Assembly: GCA_023404705.1 (NCBI GenBank)
Contig: JAEYAU010000092.1
Coordinates: 7,527-71,526, forward strand
Source of the DNA: Pseudomonadota bacterium
GTDB lineage: Bacteria > Pseudomonadota > Alphaproteobacteria > Rhizobiales > Xanthobacteraceae
DNA: 64,000 nt
Direction of reading: 5' to 3'
Under the pieces are notes generated by a model. That model worked only from the letters and a program-made list of their open reading frames with translations. It searched no databases and was not told where the DNA came from. Made by a program: the position numbers and the translations under genes. This document shows, one piece after another, positions 29,008 through 38,447 of the stretch. How positions within the stretch are numbered: the stretch's first letter is position 1; the number at the start of each line of letters is the position of its first letter.

Positions 29008-30203
29008 TGCCGGGCCCTGCGCACCTCGCCTGGCCGTTCTTCGACGAGCCGCAGCGCGCATTTGCGCGCTCGGTCGCGGAGCTAGCGCCAAGCCTGATGC
29101 GGCACATCGATCACGGCGACGTCGATCAGAGCTGCCGCCGGCTGGTGCGCGCGCTCGGCGATGCCGGCATCCTGGCTGCCGTGGTGCCCGCCGCCTATGG
29201 CGGCCGTTCCGCCACGCTTGACGTGCGCACGCTTTGCCTCGCCCGCGAGATCCTCGCCTGGCACGACGGGCTGGCCGACTTTGCCTTTGCGATGCAGGGG
29301 CTCGGCACCGGCGCGATCTCCCTTTTCGGCAGCGACGCGCTGAAGGCGCGCTACCTGCCGCCGGTGCGCGAAGGCCGGCACATCGCGGCCTTCGCCCTGA
29401 GCGAGCCCGAGGCCGGATCGGACGTGAGCGCTCTCGCCACCACGGCAACACGCGACGGACCGGCTCATGTGCGGCTCGACGGCGTGAAGACCTGGATCTC
29501 CAACGGCGGCATCGCGGACCACTATGCCGTGTTCGCACGTACAAGCGAAGGGCCGGGCGCCAAGGGCCTCTCGGCCTTCGTGGTGGACGCCGACGCGCCC
29601 GGCCTGACGGTGGCGGGGCGCATCGAGGTGATCGCGCCGCATCCGCTGGCGACGCTGCGGTTCACGGGATGCCGCGTGCCGGTCGCAAACCGGCTGGGAG
29701 CGCCGGGCGAGGGCTTCCGCGTCGCAATGGCGACTCTCGATATCTTCCGCACCACCGTTGCGGCGGCGGCGCTCGGGCTGGCGCGCCGCGCTCTCGACGA
29801 AGCGCTCACACGCGCCGCGAACCGCAAGCTGTTCGGCGGCGCGCTCGGCGACCTGCAGCTTACCCAGGCCTCGCTCGCCGACAGTGCCGCCGAGGTCGAT
29901 GCGGCTGCGCTGCTGGTCTATCGCTCGGCCTGGACCAAGGACCAGGGCGCCGCGCGCGTCACGCGCGAGTCGTCGATGGCGAAGCTCTACGCCACCGAGG
30001 CCGCGCAGCGCGTCGTCGACCGCGCCGTGCAGCTCTTCGGCGGCAATGGCGTGCGCGTCGGCAGCAAGGTGGAGGCGCTTTATCGCGAGGTGCGGGCGCT
30101 GCGGATCTACGAGGGCGCCAGCGAGGTGCAGAAGCTCGTGATCGCGCGCGACCTGCTCAAGTCGCACGCGCCGGAGCCCGGGAGGGTGCGATGCTCGGCC
30201 TGA
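29007..30203 (+). CDS. acyl-CoA dehydrogenase
   Basis: [14 protein letters not shown]...[13 protein letters not shown]...[15 protein letters not shown]. The ATG overlaps the ligase stop (TGATG). Confidence 0.85.
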   Translation: MPGPAHLAWPFFDEPQRAFARSVAELAPSLMRHIDHGDVDQSCRRLVRALGDAGILAAVVPAAYGGRSATLDVRTLCLAREILAWHDGLADFAFAMQGLGTGAISLFGSDALKARYLPPVREGRHIAAFALSEPEAGSDVSALATTATRDGPAHVRLDGVKTWISNGGIADHYAVFARTSEGPGAKGLSAFVVDADAPGLTVAGRIEVIAPHPLATLRFTGCRVPVANRLGAPGEGFRVAMATLDIFRTTVAAAALGLARRALDEALTRAANRKLFGGALGDLQLTQASLADSAAEVDAAALLVYRSAWTKDQGAARVTRESSMAKLYATEAAQRVVDRAVQLFGGNGVRVGSKVEALYREVRALRIYEGASEVQKLVIARDLLKSHAPEPGRVRCSA

Positions 30204-30952
30204 CGATCGCAAGCGGCATCGCGACGCTCACGCTCAGCCGGGCGCCCGTGAATGCGATCTCGGCCGAGTGGGTCCGCCGGTTCGATGCGGCGCTCGACGA
30301 GATAGCGGATGCATCGGTCAGAGTCCTGCATATCCGCTCGGACCAGAAGGTGTTCTGCGCCGGCGCCGATCTCTCGGAGGTGCGCGCGCGCATGGAGGCC
30401 GCCGACGGGCCCGACCGCATGTACGCCTATGTGGCGGGGCTGCAGCGCCTCTATGCGCGCATCGAGTCGCTGCCTTACGTCACCCTCGCGGAGATCGGCG
30501 GCGCCGCCATGGGCGGCGGCCTGGAGCTCGCGCTCGCCTGCGACCTACGGGTTGCGGCGGACGAGGCGAAGCTCGGGCTCCCGGAGGTGCGGCTGGGCCT
30601 GATCCCGGGCGCCGGCGGCACGCAGCGCCTGACGCGCCTGTGCGGCGCCGGCGTCGCCCGCCGCTTGATCCTGAGTGCCGAGGTGGTCGACGGTGCCGCG
30701 GCGCGCAGCCTCGGCATCGTGCAGTGGTCGATGCCCCGTGCGCGGCTGGCCGAAGGCACGGCCGAGATCGCGCGCTCGATCGCACGCCTCCCGGCCGCCG
30801 CGCTCGCGGCGAGCAAGAGCTGCATCGCGGCCGCGGCGCGTCCGGGGCGCGGCGGGTATGGCGACGAGCTCGAGGCGACACGCGCGCTGATGACCGACAC
30901 GGAGACGCGCGAGCGTGTCACGGCGTTTCTCGCGGGCACGAGACTGAACTAG
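30191..30952 (+). CDS. enoyl-CoA hydratase/isomerase family protein
   Basis: [22 protein letters not shown]...FCAGADL...[16 protein letters not shown]. It overlaps the ACAD end by 13 nt. Confidence 0.8.
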   Translation: MLGLTIASGIATLTLSRAPVNAISAEWVRRFDAALDEIADASVRVLHIRSDQKVFCAGADLSEVRARMEAADGPDRMYAYVAGLQRLYARIESLPYVTLAEIGGAAMGGGLELALACDLRVAADEAKLGLPEVRLGLIPGAGGTQRLTRLCGAGVARRLILSAEVVDGAAARSLGIVQWSMPRARLAEGTAEIARSIARLPAAALAASKSCIAAAARPGRGGYGDELEATRALMTDTETRERVTAFLAGTRLN

Positions 30953-30967
30953 ATACGGGAGCGGATC

Positions 30968-31714
30968 ATGGATCTCGAGGGCAGGACGGCGCTGGTCACG
31001 GGCGGAGCCTCGGGGATCGGCAAGGCGACGGTGTTCGAGCTCGCGCGCTGCGGCGCGACCGTGATCTGCGCCGATGTGGACGAGGCGCGCGGCGCGGAGC
31101 TGGTGCGCGAGGCCGCCCGCACCAACTACTGGGTCGAGTTCGTACCCGTGGATCTCTCCGATCCGGCTTCGACGCGGCGCTGCGCCGCCGAGGTGCTCAA
31201 GCATCACCCGGGCCTGGACATCCTCGTGAATGCAGCAGGATGGAACGACATCCAGCCCTTCGTCGAGAACGCGCCCGATTACATGGACCGGGTGGTTGCG
31301 ATCAATCTCGGCGGCACGCTGCATCTCACGCAGGCGCTGCTCCCCGCCATGATCGCGGCCGGCAAGGGCAAGATCGTCAACGTCTCGAGCGACGCGGGCC
31401 GAGTGGGCAGCAGCGGCGAGACCACCTATGCGGCCGCCAAGGGCGGCGTGATCGCCTTCACCAAGTCGCTCGCACGCGAGGTCGCACGCCATTCGATCAA
31501 CGTGAACTGCGTGTGCCCGGGGCCGACCGACACGCCGATGCTGCAGTCGCGACCCGACAAGCTGAAAGAGGCGTTCGTTCGCGCGATCCCGTTCAAGCGT
31601 TTCGCGCAGCCGCAGGAGATCGCCGAGGCGATCGTGTTCTTCGCGGGTCCGCGCTCGGACTACATCACGGGCCAGGTGCTGAGCGTCAGCGGCGGCCTGA
31701 CTTTCGCAGGTTGA
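30968..31714 (+). CDS. short-chain dehydrogenase/reductase, BadH-like (2-hydroxycyclohexanecarboxyl-CoA dehydrogenase-like)
   Basis: [47 protein letters not shown] and a C-terminal [16 protein letters not shown]. From memory these blocks match the BadH subfamily. This needs alignment. Confidence 0.8.
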   Translation: MDLEGRTALVTGGASGIGKATVFELARCGATVICADVDEARGAELVREAARTNYWVEFVPVDLSDPASTRRCAAEVLKHHPGLDILVNAAGWNDIQPFVENAPDYMDRVVAINLGGTLHLTQALLPAMIAAGKGKIVNVSSDAGRVGSSGETTYAAAKGGVIAFTKSLAREVARHSINVNCVCPGPTDTPMLQSRPDKLKEAFVRAIPFKRFAQPQEIAEAIVFFAGPRSDYITGQVLSVSGGLTFAG

Positions 31715-31724
31715 GGAGATCTCC

Positions 31725-32621
31725 ATGTCGAAACCAATTCCCGCCGCATGGCCTGCCGACGCGAATGTCGACACCGCGGAGCGCTTCCGTCCGCCGCGGG
31801 CGAGCCTTGCCGCGGCGACGCCGCGTCACTTCCTGATGCAGCGGGCCGGGAAGGTCGTCACCATCACGCTCAACCGGCCGGAGCGGAAGAACCCGCTGAC
31901 GCTCGAATCCTATGCCGAGCTGCGCGACACGTTCCGCGACCTCGTCTATGCGGACGACGTGAAGGCCGTGGTGATCACCGGAGCGGGCGGCAATTTCTGC
32001 TCCGGCGGCGACGTGCACGAGATCATCGGCCCGCTGGTCGAGATGCAGCGCAAGGGCGACATGGCGGGGCTTCTCGCCTTCACGCGCATGACGGGCGATC
32101 TCGTCAAGGCGATGCGCGCCTGTCCGCAACCGATCATCGCCGCGGTCGACGGGATCTGCGCGGGCGCCGGCGCGATCCTCGCCATGGCGTCCGACCTGCG
32201 CGTCGGCACGGCGCGCAGCAAGGTCGCCTTCCTGTTCGTGCGCGTCGGCCTCGCGGGCGCCGACATGGGAGCCTGCAACATGCTCCCGCGCATCATCGGC
32301 GCCGGCCGCGCGGCGGAGCTGCTCTATACGGGCCGTGCCATGGACGGCACGGAGGCCGCGCAGTGGGGCTTCTACAATCGGCTCACCGAGCCCGAGCAGG
32401 TGCTGGCCGAGGCGCAGGCCATGGCGAAGACGCTGGCGGAGGGCCCGACCTTCGCGCATGCCATGACCAAGCGCTGCATCCACCAGGAGTGGAGCATGGG
32501 CATCGACGACTCGATCGAGGCCGAGGCGCAGGCGCAGGCGATCTGCATGCAGACCAAGGACTACGAACGGGCCTATGAAGCCTTCGTGCAGAAGAGTAAA
32601 CCTGTCTTCGCGGGAGATTGA
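31725..32621 (+). CDS. enoyl-CoA hydratase/isomerase (crotonase) family protein
   Basis: [14 protein letters not shown]...[14 protein letters not shown]...[15 protein letters not shown]. The RBS GAGGAG lies upstream. Confidence 0.8.
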   Translation: MSKPIPAAWPADANVDTAERFRPPRASLAAATPRHFLMQRAGKVVTITLNRPERKNPLTLESYAELRDTFRDLVYADDVKAVVITGAGGNFCSGGDVHEIIGPLVEMQRKGDMAGLLAFTRMTGDLVKAMRACPQPIIAAVDGICAGAGAILAMASDLRVGTARSKVAFLFVRVGLAGADMGACNMLPRIIGAGRAAELLYTGRAMDGTEAAQWGFYNRLTEPEQVLAEAQAMAKTLAEGPTFAHAMTKRCIHQEWSMGIDDSIEAEAQAQAICMQTKDYERAYEAFVQKSKPVFAGD

Positions 32622-32636
32622 AGACAGGGCGCGTCA

Positions 32637-32924
32637 ATGGATGCCGAGGTGCTGGATGCGTTGCGGCCGATCCTCGATCCCGAGATCGGCGTCAGCATCG
32701 TCGACCTCGGGCTCGTCTATCGCGCGGAACGCAGTGACGAGATCGACGTCGCGATCACGCTGACGACGCGTGCGTGCCCGCTGGGCGAGATGATCGTGGA
32801 ACAGGCGCGTGCGGCACTGTCCGAGCGGTACCCAGACGTCAGGGACATCCGCGTCGATCTCGTCTGGGATCCGCCCTGGACGCCGGACATGATGAGCCCG
32901 GAGGCGCGGCGGCTGCTGGGGTAG
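32637..32924 (+). CDS. DUF59 (MIP18/SufT/PaaD-like) Fe-S assembly-related small protein
   Basis: LRPILDPEIGVSIVDLGLVY...TLTTRACPLGEMI...LVWDPPWTPDMMSPEARRLLG. Confidence 0.72.
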   Translation: MDAEVLDALRPILDPEIGVSIVDLGLVYRAERSDEIDVAITLTTRACPLGEMIVEQARAALSERYPDVRDIRVDLVWDPPWTPDMMSPEARRLLG

Positions 32925-32946
32925 GGCGGCGCTTCCGCGGGCGGAA

Positions 32947-34089
32947 TTGACCCCCGTCAAGGCTGCGCTTCCCGCACGAACGCATTCTGGCGCGCAAATG
33001 TCATCCGCTCGGCAGGTCACACCTCCCGCAACGGCGCGCGTGTCGGCGCGGCCCTGGGCCCGGCTCGCGCTGCTTGCCTTTGCGCCGGTGGCGCTGGTCA
33101 CGGGCCTGCTCGGCGGCCTGGTACGGCTCGGCTGGGAGCTGCCGGGCATCGGGCTCGCCGAGCTCCACGGCGGGCTGATGATCTCGGGCCTGTTCGGGAT
33201 CGTGATCGGTCTCGAGCGTGCGGTTGCGCTGGGGCATCCGGCCGCCTACGGGGCGCCGGCGCTGGCGGTGGCCGGAACCGTGGGGCTGCTCGCCGGGGCG
33301 ACCGGGCTCGGCACATTATTATATGTGGGCGCCGCGGCCGTGCTGGCCGCCGTCTCGGGCGACATTCTGCGGCGGCAGCCGGCCGTGTTCACGGCAACGA
33401 TGCTCGCGGGCGCGGCCGCCTGGCTTGTCGGCAATCTGCTGTGGTTCGCCGGCTTCCCGATCTTCGACCTGGTCGGCTGGTGGCTCGCCTTTCTGGTGCT
33501 CACCATCGCGGGCGAGCGCCTGGAGCTGAGCCGCTTGCTGGCGCCGAAGCGCGGCAGCCTGCCCCTGTTCGGCGTGGCGGTCGGCCTCATCCTCGCCGGG
33601 GCGGGCTTCGGCCTGGTCGAGCAACCGGCTGTGTTCGGCGCAGGGCTGCTGGTCGCGGCCCTCTGGCTCGCGCGCCACGACATCGCCCGCCGCAGCATCC
33701 GCGCCCATGGCGCGCCGCGTTTCTTCGCGAGCTGCATGCTGAGCGGCTATGCCTGGCTCGCGATCGCGGGCGCGCTGCTCCTGGTCGCGCCGCCCAAGAC
33801 GGCGAGCTTCGGCTACGATCTCGTGTTGCACAGCGTGCTGATCGGCTTCGTGCTCTCGATGGTGTTCGGGCACGCGCTGATCATTCTGCCGGCGGTCGCC
33901 CGGATCAGGATGGTCTATACGTCCTGGCTGTACGGTCCCCTGGTCCTGCTGCACCTCTCACTCGTGCTGCGCGCCGCGGGCGGGCTCATGGGCGCGCCGG
34001 AGCTTCGCGCATGGAGCGGCGTGATCACGGTGATCGCGCTGGTCTCGTTCGCCGGCGTTGCCGCCTATGGCGCGTTGCGCCGATCCTAG
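32947..34089 (+). CDS. polytopic integral membrane protein, family unknown
   Basis: ORF 32947..34089 with a TTG start as given. An alternative ATG is at 32998. It has about 10 hydrophobic segments and conserved-looking His ([20 protein letters not shown]). Its stop overlaps the ctaA stop (CTAG). Confidence 0.55.
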   Translation: MTPVKAALPARTHSGAQMSSARQVTPPATARVSARPWARLALLAFAPVALVTGLLGGLVRLGWELPGIGLAELHGGLMISGLFGIVIGLERAVALGHPAAYGAPALAVAGTVGLLAGATGLGTLLYVGAAAVLAAVSGDILRRQPAVFTATMLAGAAAWLVGNLLWFAGFPIFDLVGWWLAFLVLTIAGERLELSRLLAPKRGSLPLFGVAVGLILAGAGFGLVEQPAVFGAGLLVAALWLARHDIARRSIRAHGAPRFFASCMLSGYAWLAIAGALLLVAPPKTASFGYDLVLHSVLIGFVLSMVFGHALIILPAVARIRMVYTSWLYGPLVLLHLSLVLRAAGGLMGAPELRAWSGVITVIALVSFAGVAAYGALRRS

Positions 34090-35198
34090 CTGCCGAGCGT
34101 GGCGGTCGGCGAGGCGAGGGCGGCTTGCGGCAGCGGATATTGCGCGCTCGCCCGGATGCCGAGCCTGGCCGCGTGCATGGTGGCGATCGTCAGCACGAGG
34201 ATCGCGCCTCCCTGGTGCAGAAGCGCCAGCGAGATCGGCACCATGTAGAGCAGCGTGAGAATGCCGAGTGCGGCCTGCAGCGTCATCGCCAGGGCGAGTG
34301 CGAGCGCGCCGGCGGTCACCCGCGCGCTGGCGCGGCTGCGCAGGGCGTCCGCCGCATGCAGCAGGGCCGCGAACCACAGCAGATAGGCCATCATGCGGTG
34401 ATTGAACTGCACGGTGAGCACGTTCTCGAACAGATTTCGCCAGGCGGGCTCATGCATCAGGAGCTCAGAGGCCGGCGGCAGCAGATCGCCGTCCATCAGC
34501 GGCCAGGTGTTGTAGATGAGGCCCGCGTCGAGACCGGCGACCAGCGCCCCGAGATAGATCTGCAGCAGCACAAGCCCGAGCAGCACGACGGCGCTCACGC
34601 GTAAGCGGTCCGGAGCCCGTGACGGCCTCGAAGGCGTCATGCTTTGCGCGGTCCAGACGAGGGCCGTGAAGATCACGCAGGCGATCGTCAGATGCACGGC
34701 GAGCCGATACTGCGAGACGTCGACCCGGTGGGCCAGGCCGGAGGCGACCATCCACCAGCCGATCCCCCCCTGCAGAGCGCCGAGCGCGAAGATGCCCCAG
34801 AGCCGGCCCTTCAGACCCGGCCCGATCCAGCCCTTCCAGAGGAAGAAGAGAAACGGGAGCAGGAAGGCCGCGCCGATCGAGCGCCCGAGCAGCCGGTGTC
34901 CCCATTCCCACCAGAAGATCACCTTGAACTCGTCGAGCGTCATCCGCGCGTTCACCTTCTCGAACTGCGGGATGGTCTTGTACTTGTCGAACTCCGCCTG
35001 CCAGGCCGACTCGCTCAGCGGCGGCAGGGTGCCGGTGATCGGCTTCCATTCGACGATGGAAAGGCCGGATTCCGTGAGGCGGGTCGCGCCGCCGACCAGC
35101 ACGATGGCGAAGACCAGCGCGGCGACAACATAGAGCCACAGTCTGACGACGCGGCGGGAGGTCTCGGTTGGCTCGCTCATCTCAGGATCCTGCGACAT
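34086..35198 (-). CDS. ctaA: heme A synthase (COX15/CtaA)
   Basis: [18 protein letters not shown]..., [15 protein letters not shown] and QFNHRMMAY are COX15/CtaA hallmarks. The start is 35198 or 35180. Confidence 0.85.
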   Translation of the reverse strand: MSQDPEMSEPTETSRRVVRLWLYVVAALVFAIVLVGGATRLTESGLSIVEWKPITGTLPPLSESAWQAEFDKYKTIPQFEKVNARMTLDEFKVIFWWEWGHRLLGRSIGAAFLLPFLFFLWKGWIGPGLKGRLWGIFALGALQGGIGWWMVASGLAHRVDVSQYRLAVHLTIACVIFTALVWTAQSMTPSRPSRAPDRLRVSAVVLLGLVLLQIYLGALVAGLDAGLIYNTWPLMDGDLLPPASELLMHEPAWRNLFENVLTVQFNHRMMAYLLWFAALLHAADALRSRASARVTAGALALALAMTLQAALGILTLLYMVPISLALLHQGGAILVLTIATMHAARLGIRASAQYPLPQAALASPTATLGS

Positions 35199-35261
35199 GG
35201 CACGGGCACATCGTAGGAATGTTGCCGGGCAAGCTCGTTGATGTAGCGCAAGTTCCCGGGG

Positions 35262-35696
35262 CTAGAATTGCTGCCTGGCCACGGGCATCGACTGCTCCGC
35301 CGCGGCGTTGATGATCAGCACGGCGATCTGGTCCATGCTGTCGATGTGCCCGCGAACGATCGGCGGCAATGCGCGGCGCAGAATGCTGCGCGCGGTCCGC
35401 GGCTTGCGCTCAGATTGGGCCAGCGCCTCGTCGCAGATCGCGATCATCTCGTCATGCTCCTGCCGATGGCAGCGGCAAAAGGCGGTGCCCGCGGCCTCGA
35501 CCAGCGCGGCCTCGTTCTCGAAATGCGTCCGCATCACCTTACGCAGCCGCGCGATGCGCAACGGCAGTGCGATGGGCGCACTGTGCATCACGCTCGCCCA
35601 GGCCTCGGCGATCGCGAAGTGATCGACGTCGATCGCGGTATGGCCCAGAGCGTGGCGCGGACCGATCAAGGGGCGCGCCGTCGTGACAGTCGACAT
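35262..35696 (-). CDS. hemerythrin-like metal-binding protein
   Basis: The ATG at 35696 follows GGAGAT. Motifs are GHTAIDVDHFAI, THFENEAALVE, HRQEHDEMI and RGHIDSMD, the bacteriohemerythrin pattern. Confidence 0.65.
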   Translation of the reverse strand: MSTVTTARPLIGPRHALGHTAIDVDHFAIAEAWASVMHSAPIALPLRIARLRKVMRTHFENEAALVEAAGTAFCRCHRQEHDEMIAICDEALAQSERKPRTARSILRRALPPIVRGHIDSMDQIAVLIINAAAEQSMPVARQQF

Positions 35697-35747
35697 GGGA
35701 TCTCCGATCCAGGGGCAGGACGCTGGCATGGCCTCGCGCCCCGCGGC

Positions 35748-35761
35748 CTAACCGAAATCAA
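35748..35761. promoter_or_regulatory. FNR-type box (minus strand TTGAT-ttcg-GTTAG)
   Basis: It is centred 58 nt upstream of the hemerythrin ATG at 35696 and shares ACCGAAATCAAGG with the boxes at 27.3 kb. Confidence 0.45.
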
Positions 35762-35786
35762 GGCGGTGTGCCCGCCGGCTCGGCTG

Positions 35787-36533
35787 TCAGGGCGTCGGCG
35801 GCAGATCCGGCCCGTTTCCTCCGGCGAGCTCCTCCAGCACGCGAGCGTCGGCGATATCCAGCTTGCGGCCTCGCACCGTCACGCCGAGGCCGCTGAGGCG
35901 GGCGAGCTCGCGCGACAGGGTCTCGGGCGCCATCGCGAGCCGTGCCGCGAGCACCGCCTTGTCATAGGGAAGCTGGATCGGCCCGCGGACCTCGCGATGC
36001 ATCGCGAGAATCCATCCAACCAGCCGTTGGAAGCTGGTGCGTGCGCGCAGGTTCTTCACCTCCCGCAGCAGGTCGTCCCAGCGCGCCGCGAGGTGCCGGT
36101 TCACGAAATCAGCGAATTCCCGCTCGGTCGCGAACAGCCTGCGGGCATCCGCGAGGCCGATGCGGCCCACGCAGGTTCTCTGCAGAACTCGCGCCGAGGT
36201 GAGCAGCGGTCCATCGCGGCAGATCGCGTCGACCGGCAGCAGAGTCGGTGCACGCTGGATGGTCAGCGTGATCTGCCGGCCCTCTGCGCTCGTGAAGATC
36301 TGGACGAGTCCTTCCAGCACCAGGAACAATGACTCGGCGGGCTCGCCTTCGCGGAGCAGCAGGCTACGCGCCGGGGCCTGCTCGATCGACGTTACGGCCA
36401 GAAGTGCATCAACCACCTTCGGTGACAAGGCGGCCAGCATCGGGCTGGCGCGGACCAGTTCGGACTTGCAATGCTCGGACGGACCGATGGGCGGTCCCGC
36501 GGCACTACGCATGAGGTGGAATCCGCGATCCAT
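35787..36533 (-). CDS. Crp/Fnr family transcriptional regulator (no N-terminal Cys cluster)
   Basis: It has a cNMP-binding-like domain (LLLREGEPAESLFLVLEGLVQIF) and an HTH with the E--SR recognition motif (MAPETLSRELARL). The start is uncertain: 36533, 36512 or 36440. Confidence 0.75.
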   Translation of the reverse strand: MDRGFHLMRSAAGPPIGPSEHCKSELVRASPMLAALSPKVVDALLAVTSIEQAPARSLLLREGEPAESLFLVLEGLVQIFTSAEGRQITLTIQRAPTLLPVDAICRDGPLLTSARVLQRTCVGRIGLADARRLFATEREFADFVNRHLAARWDDLLREVKNLRARTSFQRLVGWILAMHREVRGPIQLPYDKAVLAARLAMAPETLSRELARLSGLGVTVRGRKLDIADARVLEELAGGNGPDLPPTP

Positions 36534-36635
36534 GGTCCCTGGAAGTGGTGCTGGTAGGCAATATGCCCGTGCCGCGGCGTCACACGCTTGACCGCGGTCA
36601 ATCGCAATGCACGTCGGAGGCGGTCGGTGGCGAGT

Positions 36636-36649
36636 TTGACCTAGATCAA
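36636..36649. promoter_or_regulatory. FNR-type box TTGAC-ctag-ATCAA between the two divergent Crp/Fnr genes
   Basis: It has one mismatch to the consensus and is centred 90 nt from the 36733 ATG and about 110 nt from the 36533 ATG. Confidence 0.55.
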
Positions 36650-36732
36650 CGAATGCGTTGTCACGCCGCCTATATTGCGATGACCTGGGGGAAAGCGTGA
36701 ACCGCCCCCGAAGCGCGATCGAGAGAGCATTC

Positions 36733-37512
36733 ATGACCCGACGCGTCGAGCATTCTTCGAGTGTCCCGACACCCGTGGACCTGGCCGTCGTCTCCCGGAT
36801 CGCGGTGTTCCGTGGTTTGAAGCCGGATACGATCCAGCGGATCGTGGCCCCCGCGACGGTCGCGACACTGCGCGAACGTGAGGTGCTGTTCCGGCAGGGC
36901 GATCCCGCGGCGGCCTTCTTCATCGTCGTGGAAGGCTGGGTGAAGCTCTATCGGATCACGCTTTCGGGCGAGGAGACCGTGATTCACGTCCTCACCAAGG
37001 GCGACAGCTTCGCCGAGGCGGTCGCGTTCACGGGAGCCTCCTATCCGGCCACCGCCGAAGCGGTGAGCGACGCTCGCGTCGTGCGTATCCCGGCCGACCA
37101 CGTGGTGCGCTGCATCCGCGAGATGCCGGACATCGCGCTCGCCATGATCGCCTCCACCTCGCAGCATCTGCACCACCTGGTGCAACAGGTCGAGCAGCTC
37201 AAGGCGCAGAGCGGCGTGCAGCGCGTGGCGGAGTTCCTCGCCGGGCTCTGTCCCGCCGAGCAGGGCTCCGGCACGATCGCGCTGCCTTACGACAAGGTGC
37301 TGATCGCCGCGCGCCTCGGTCTCAAACCCGAATCGCTGTCGCGCGCCTTCGCCAAGCTGAGATCGTTCGGGGTCGACGTGCGGGCCTCGCATGTCGCGGT
37401 GCGCGACATCGCCAAGCTGCGGCAACTCGCGGCGGACGATCGCGGCGCGATCCGCGGCACGCTGCGGCTTCCCCAGCGCTCCGCCGAGCCGCTTGCGGCG
37501 CGTGGATCCTGA
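36733..37512 (+). CDS. Crp/Fnr family transcriptional regulator, FixK-like (no Cys cluster)
   Basis: The ATG at 36733 follows GAGAGAG. Motifs are VLFRQGDPAAAFFIVVEGWVKLYR and an HTH with LKPESLSRAFAKL (E--SR). Confidence 0.8.
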   Translation: MTRRVEHSSSVPTPVDLAVVSRIAVFRGLKPDTIQRIVAPATVATLREREVLFRQGDPAAAFFIVVEGWVKLYRITLSGEETVIHVLTKGDSFAEAVAFTGASYPATAEAVSDARVVRIPADHVVRCIREMPDIALAMIASTSQHLHHLVQQVEQLKAQSGVQRVAEFLAGLCPAEQGSGTIALPYDKVLIAARLGLKPESLSRAFAKLRSFGVDVRASHVAVRDIAKLRQLAADDRGAIRGTLRLPQRSAEPLAARGS

Positions 37513-37517
37513 GGGTG

Positions 37518-37540
37518 TGCGCCGCGCCAGGCGCGGCGCA
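37518..37540. terminator. GC-rich perfect hairpin between convergent genes (possible bidirectional terminator, no U-tract)
   Basis: TGCGCCGCGCC-a-GGCGCGGCGCA has 11-nt perfect inverted arms. It lies between the Crp/Fnr stop (37512) and the cytochrome c stop (37549). Confidence 0.3.
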
Positions 37541-37548
37541 TGGGTTCG

Positions 37549-37935
37549 TCACTTCTTCTTTCCGTCTGCGCCATACTGCGCCAGGAAGGACCAGAGGTCA
37601 TCGGCCTCCTTTTCGTTCTTGATGCCCGCAAAGACCATCTTGGTGCCCGGAATCTTCGCCTTCGGGTCCTTGATGTATTCCTTGAAGCTCGCTTCGTTCC
37701 AGGTGATGCCCGAGTTCTTGTTGGCATCCGTGTAGTTGTAGTTCGCGACGGTGCCGGACTTGCGGTCTTGGAGGCCGTTGAGAATCGGCCCGACCTTGTT
37801 CTTGGCGGTCTCGCCGACATCGTGGCACGCCGAGCACTTCTTGAACGACGTGGCCCCGGCGGTCACGTCGCCCGCGAGGGCCGTGGCGGCCGAGGCCACC
37901 AGCGCGAACGAAACGGTTGCTGCAATCTTGAACAT
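37549..37935 (-). CDS. class I c-type cytochrome (c2/c550-like), signal peptide
   Basis: MFKIAATVSFALVASAATALA signal peptide, heme motif CSACH and distal Met region GTKMVFAG. The RBS is GGAGAAGG. Confidence 0.85.
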   Translation of the reverse strand: MFKIAATVSFALVASAATALAGDVTAGATSFKKCSACHDVGETAKNKVGPILNGLQDRKSGTVANYNYTDANKNSGITWNEASFKEYIKDPKAKIPGTKMVFAGIKNEKEADDLWSFLAQYGADGKKK

Positions 37936-37971
37936 CTCTTTGCCTTCTCCTCTTGCTTGACGGTGAAACGG

Positions 37972-38376
37972 TCAGTGCGGGTGCGCGCCGAGCTTCTTGT
38001 GCAGGCGCGCGTCATGAGTCTCGAAGTGCCGCGCGAACCAGGCTTCGAGCCGGGTCGCGAGCGTGTCGCTGTCGAGCACCTCGGCATCCGCGAAGTCGTC
38101 CATGATGTCGCGGATCTCGTCAAGCAGACGCTCGTGGTCGGTCTTGTGCTGCGTGAGCTGATCATAGCTTCGCTCGCGCATGAAGCGCTCCTCGAGCGCG
38201 AAATGCATCGAGATGCCCTTGAACAGGTCGCCGAAAAACGCCTCCACCCGGATCTTCTCGTTCTTTCCGGCGAGCTCGTCATAGAGCCGGTTGATGAGCT
38301 CGATCAGCTCCTGATGCTCGTGATCGACCGCTTCGATCCCGACGCTGTACTGGGGCTTCCATTGCAGCAGTGGCAT
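37972..38376 (-). CDS. bacteriohemerythrin
   Basis: MPLLQWKPQYSVGIEAVDHEHQELIELIN..., HFALEERFM, HKTDHERLL and FARHFETHDARL. The ATG is at 38376. Confidence 0.8.
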   Translation of the reverse strand: MPLLQWKPQYSVGIEAVDHEHQELIELINRLYDELAGKNEKIRVEAFFGDLFKGISMHFALEERFMRERSYDQLTQHKTDHERLLDEIRDIMDDFADAEVLDSDTLATRLEAWFARHFETHDARLHKKLGAHPH

Positions 38377-38447
38377 GAGACCCTCGGGTCCTTTGGTTGA
38401 CGCATGTTCTTGCCGGCCGACCGGTGGCCGCTTCGGCGGAACATGCG

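Noticed and set aside
34086-34089. Convergent genes sharing a CTAG as stop codon on both strands.
   Set aside because: It is real in the sequence but trivial. It has no functional implication beyond tight packing.
37512-37527. A short similarity of agggtgtgcgccgcg to the GTAGGGTGTGCTCGGCG terminus of the repeat family.
   Set aside because: It matches at only about 12 of 16 positions and has no second terminus. It is more simply part of the GC-rich hairpin between convergent genes.
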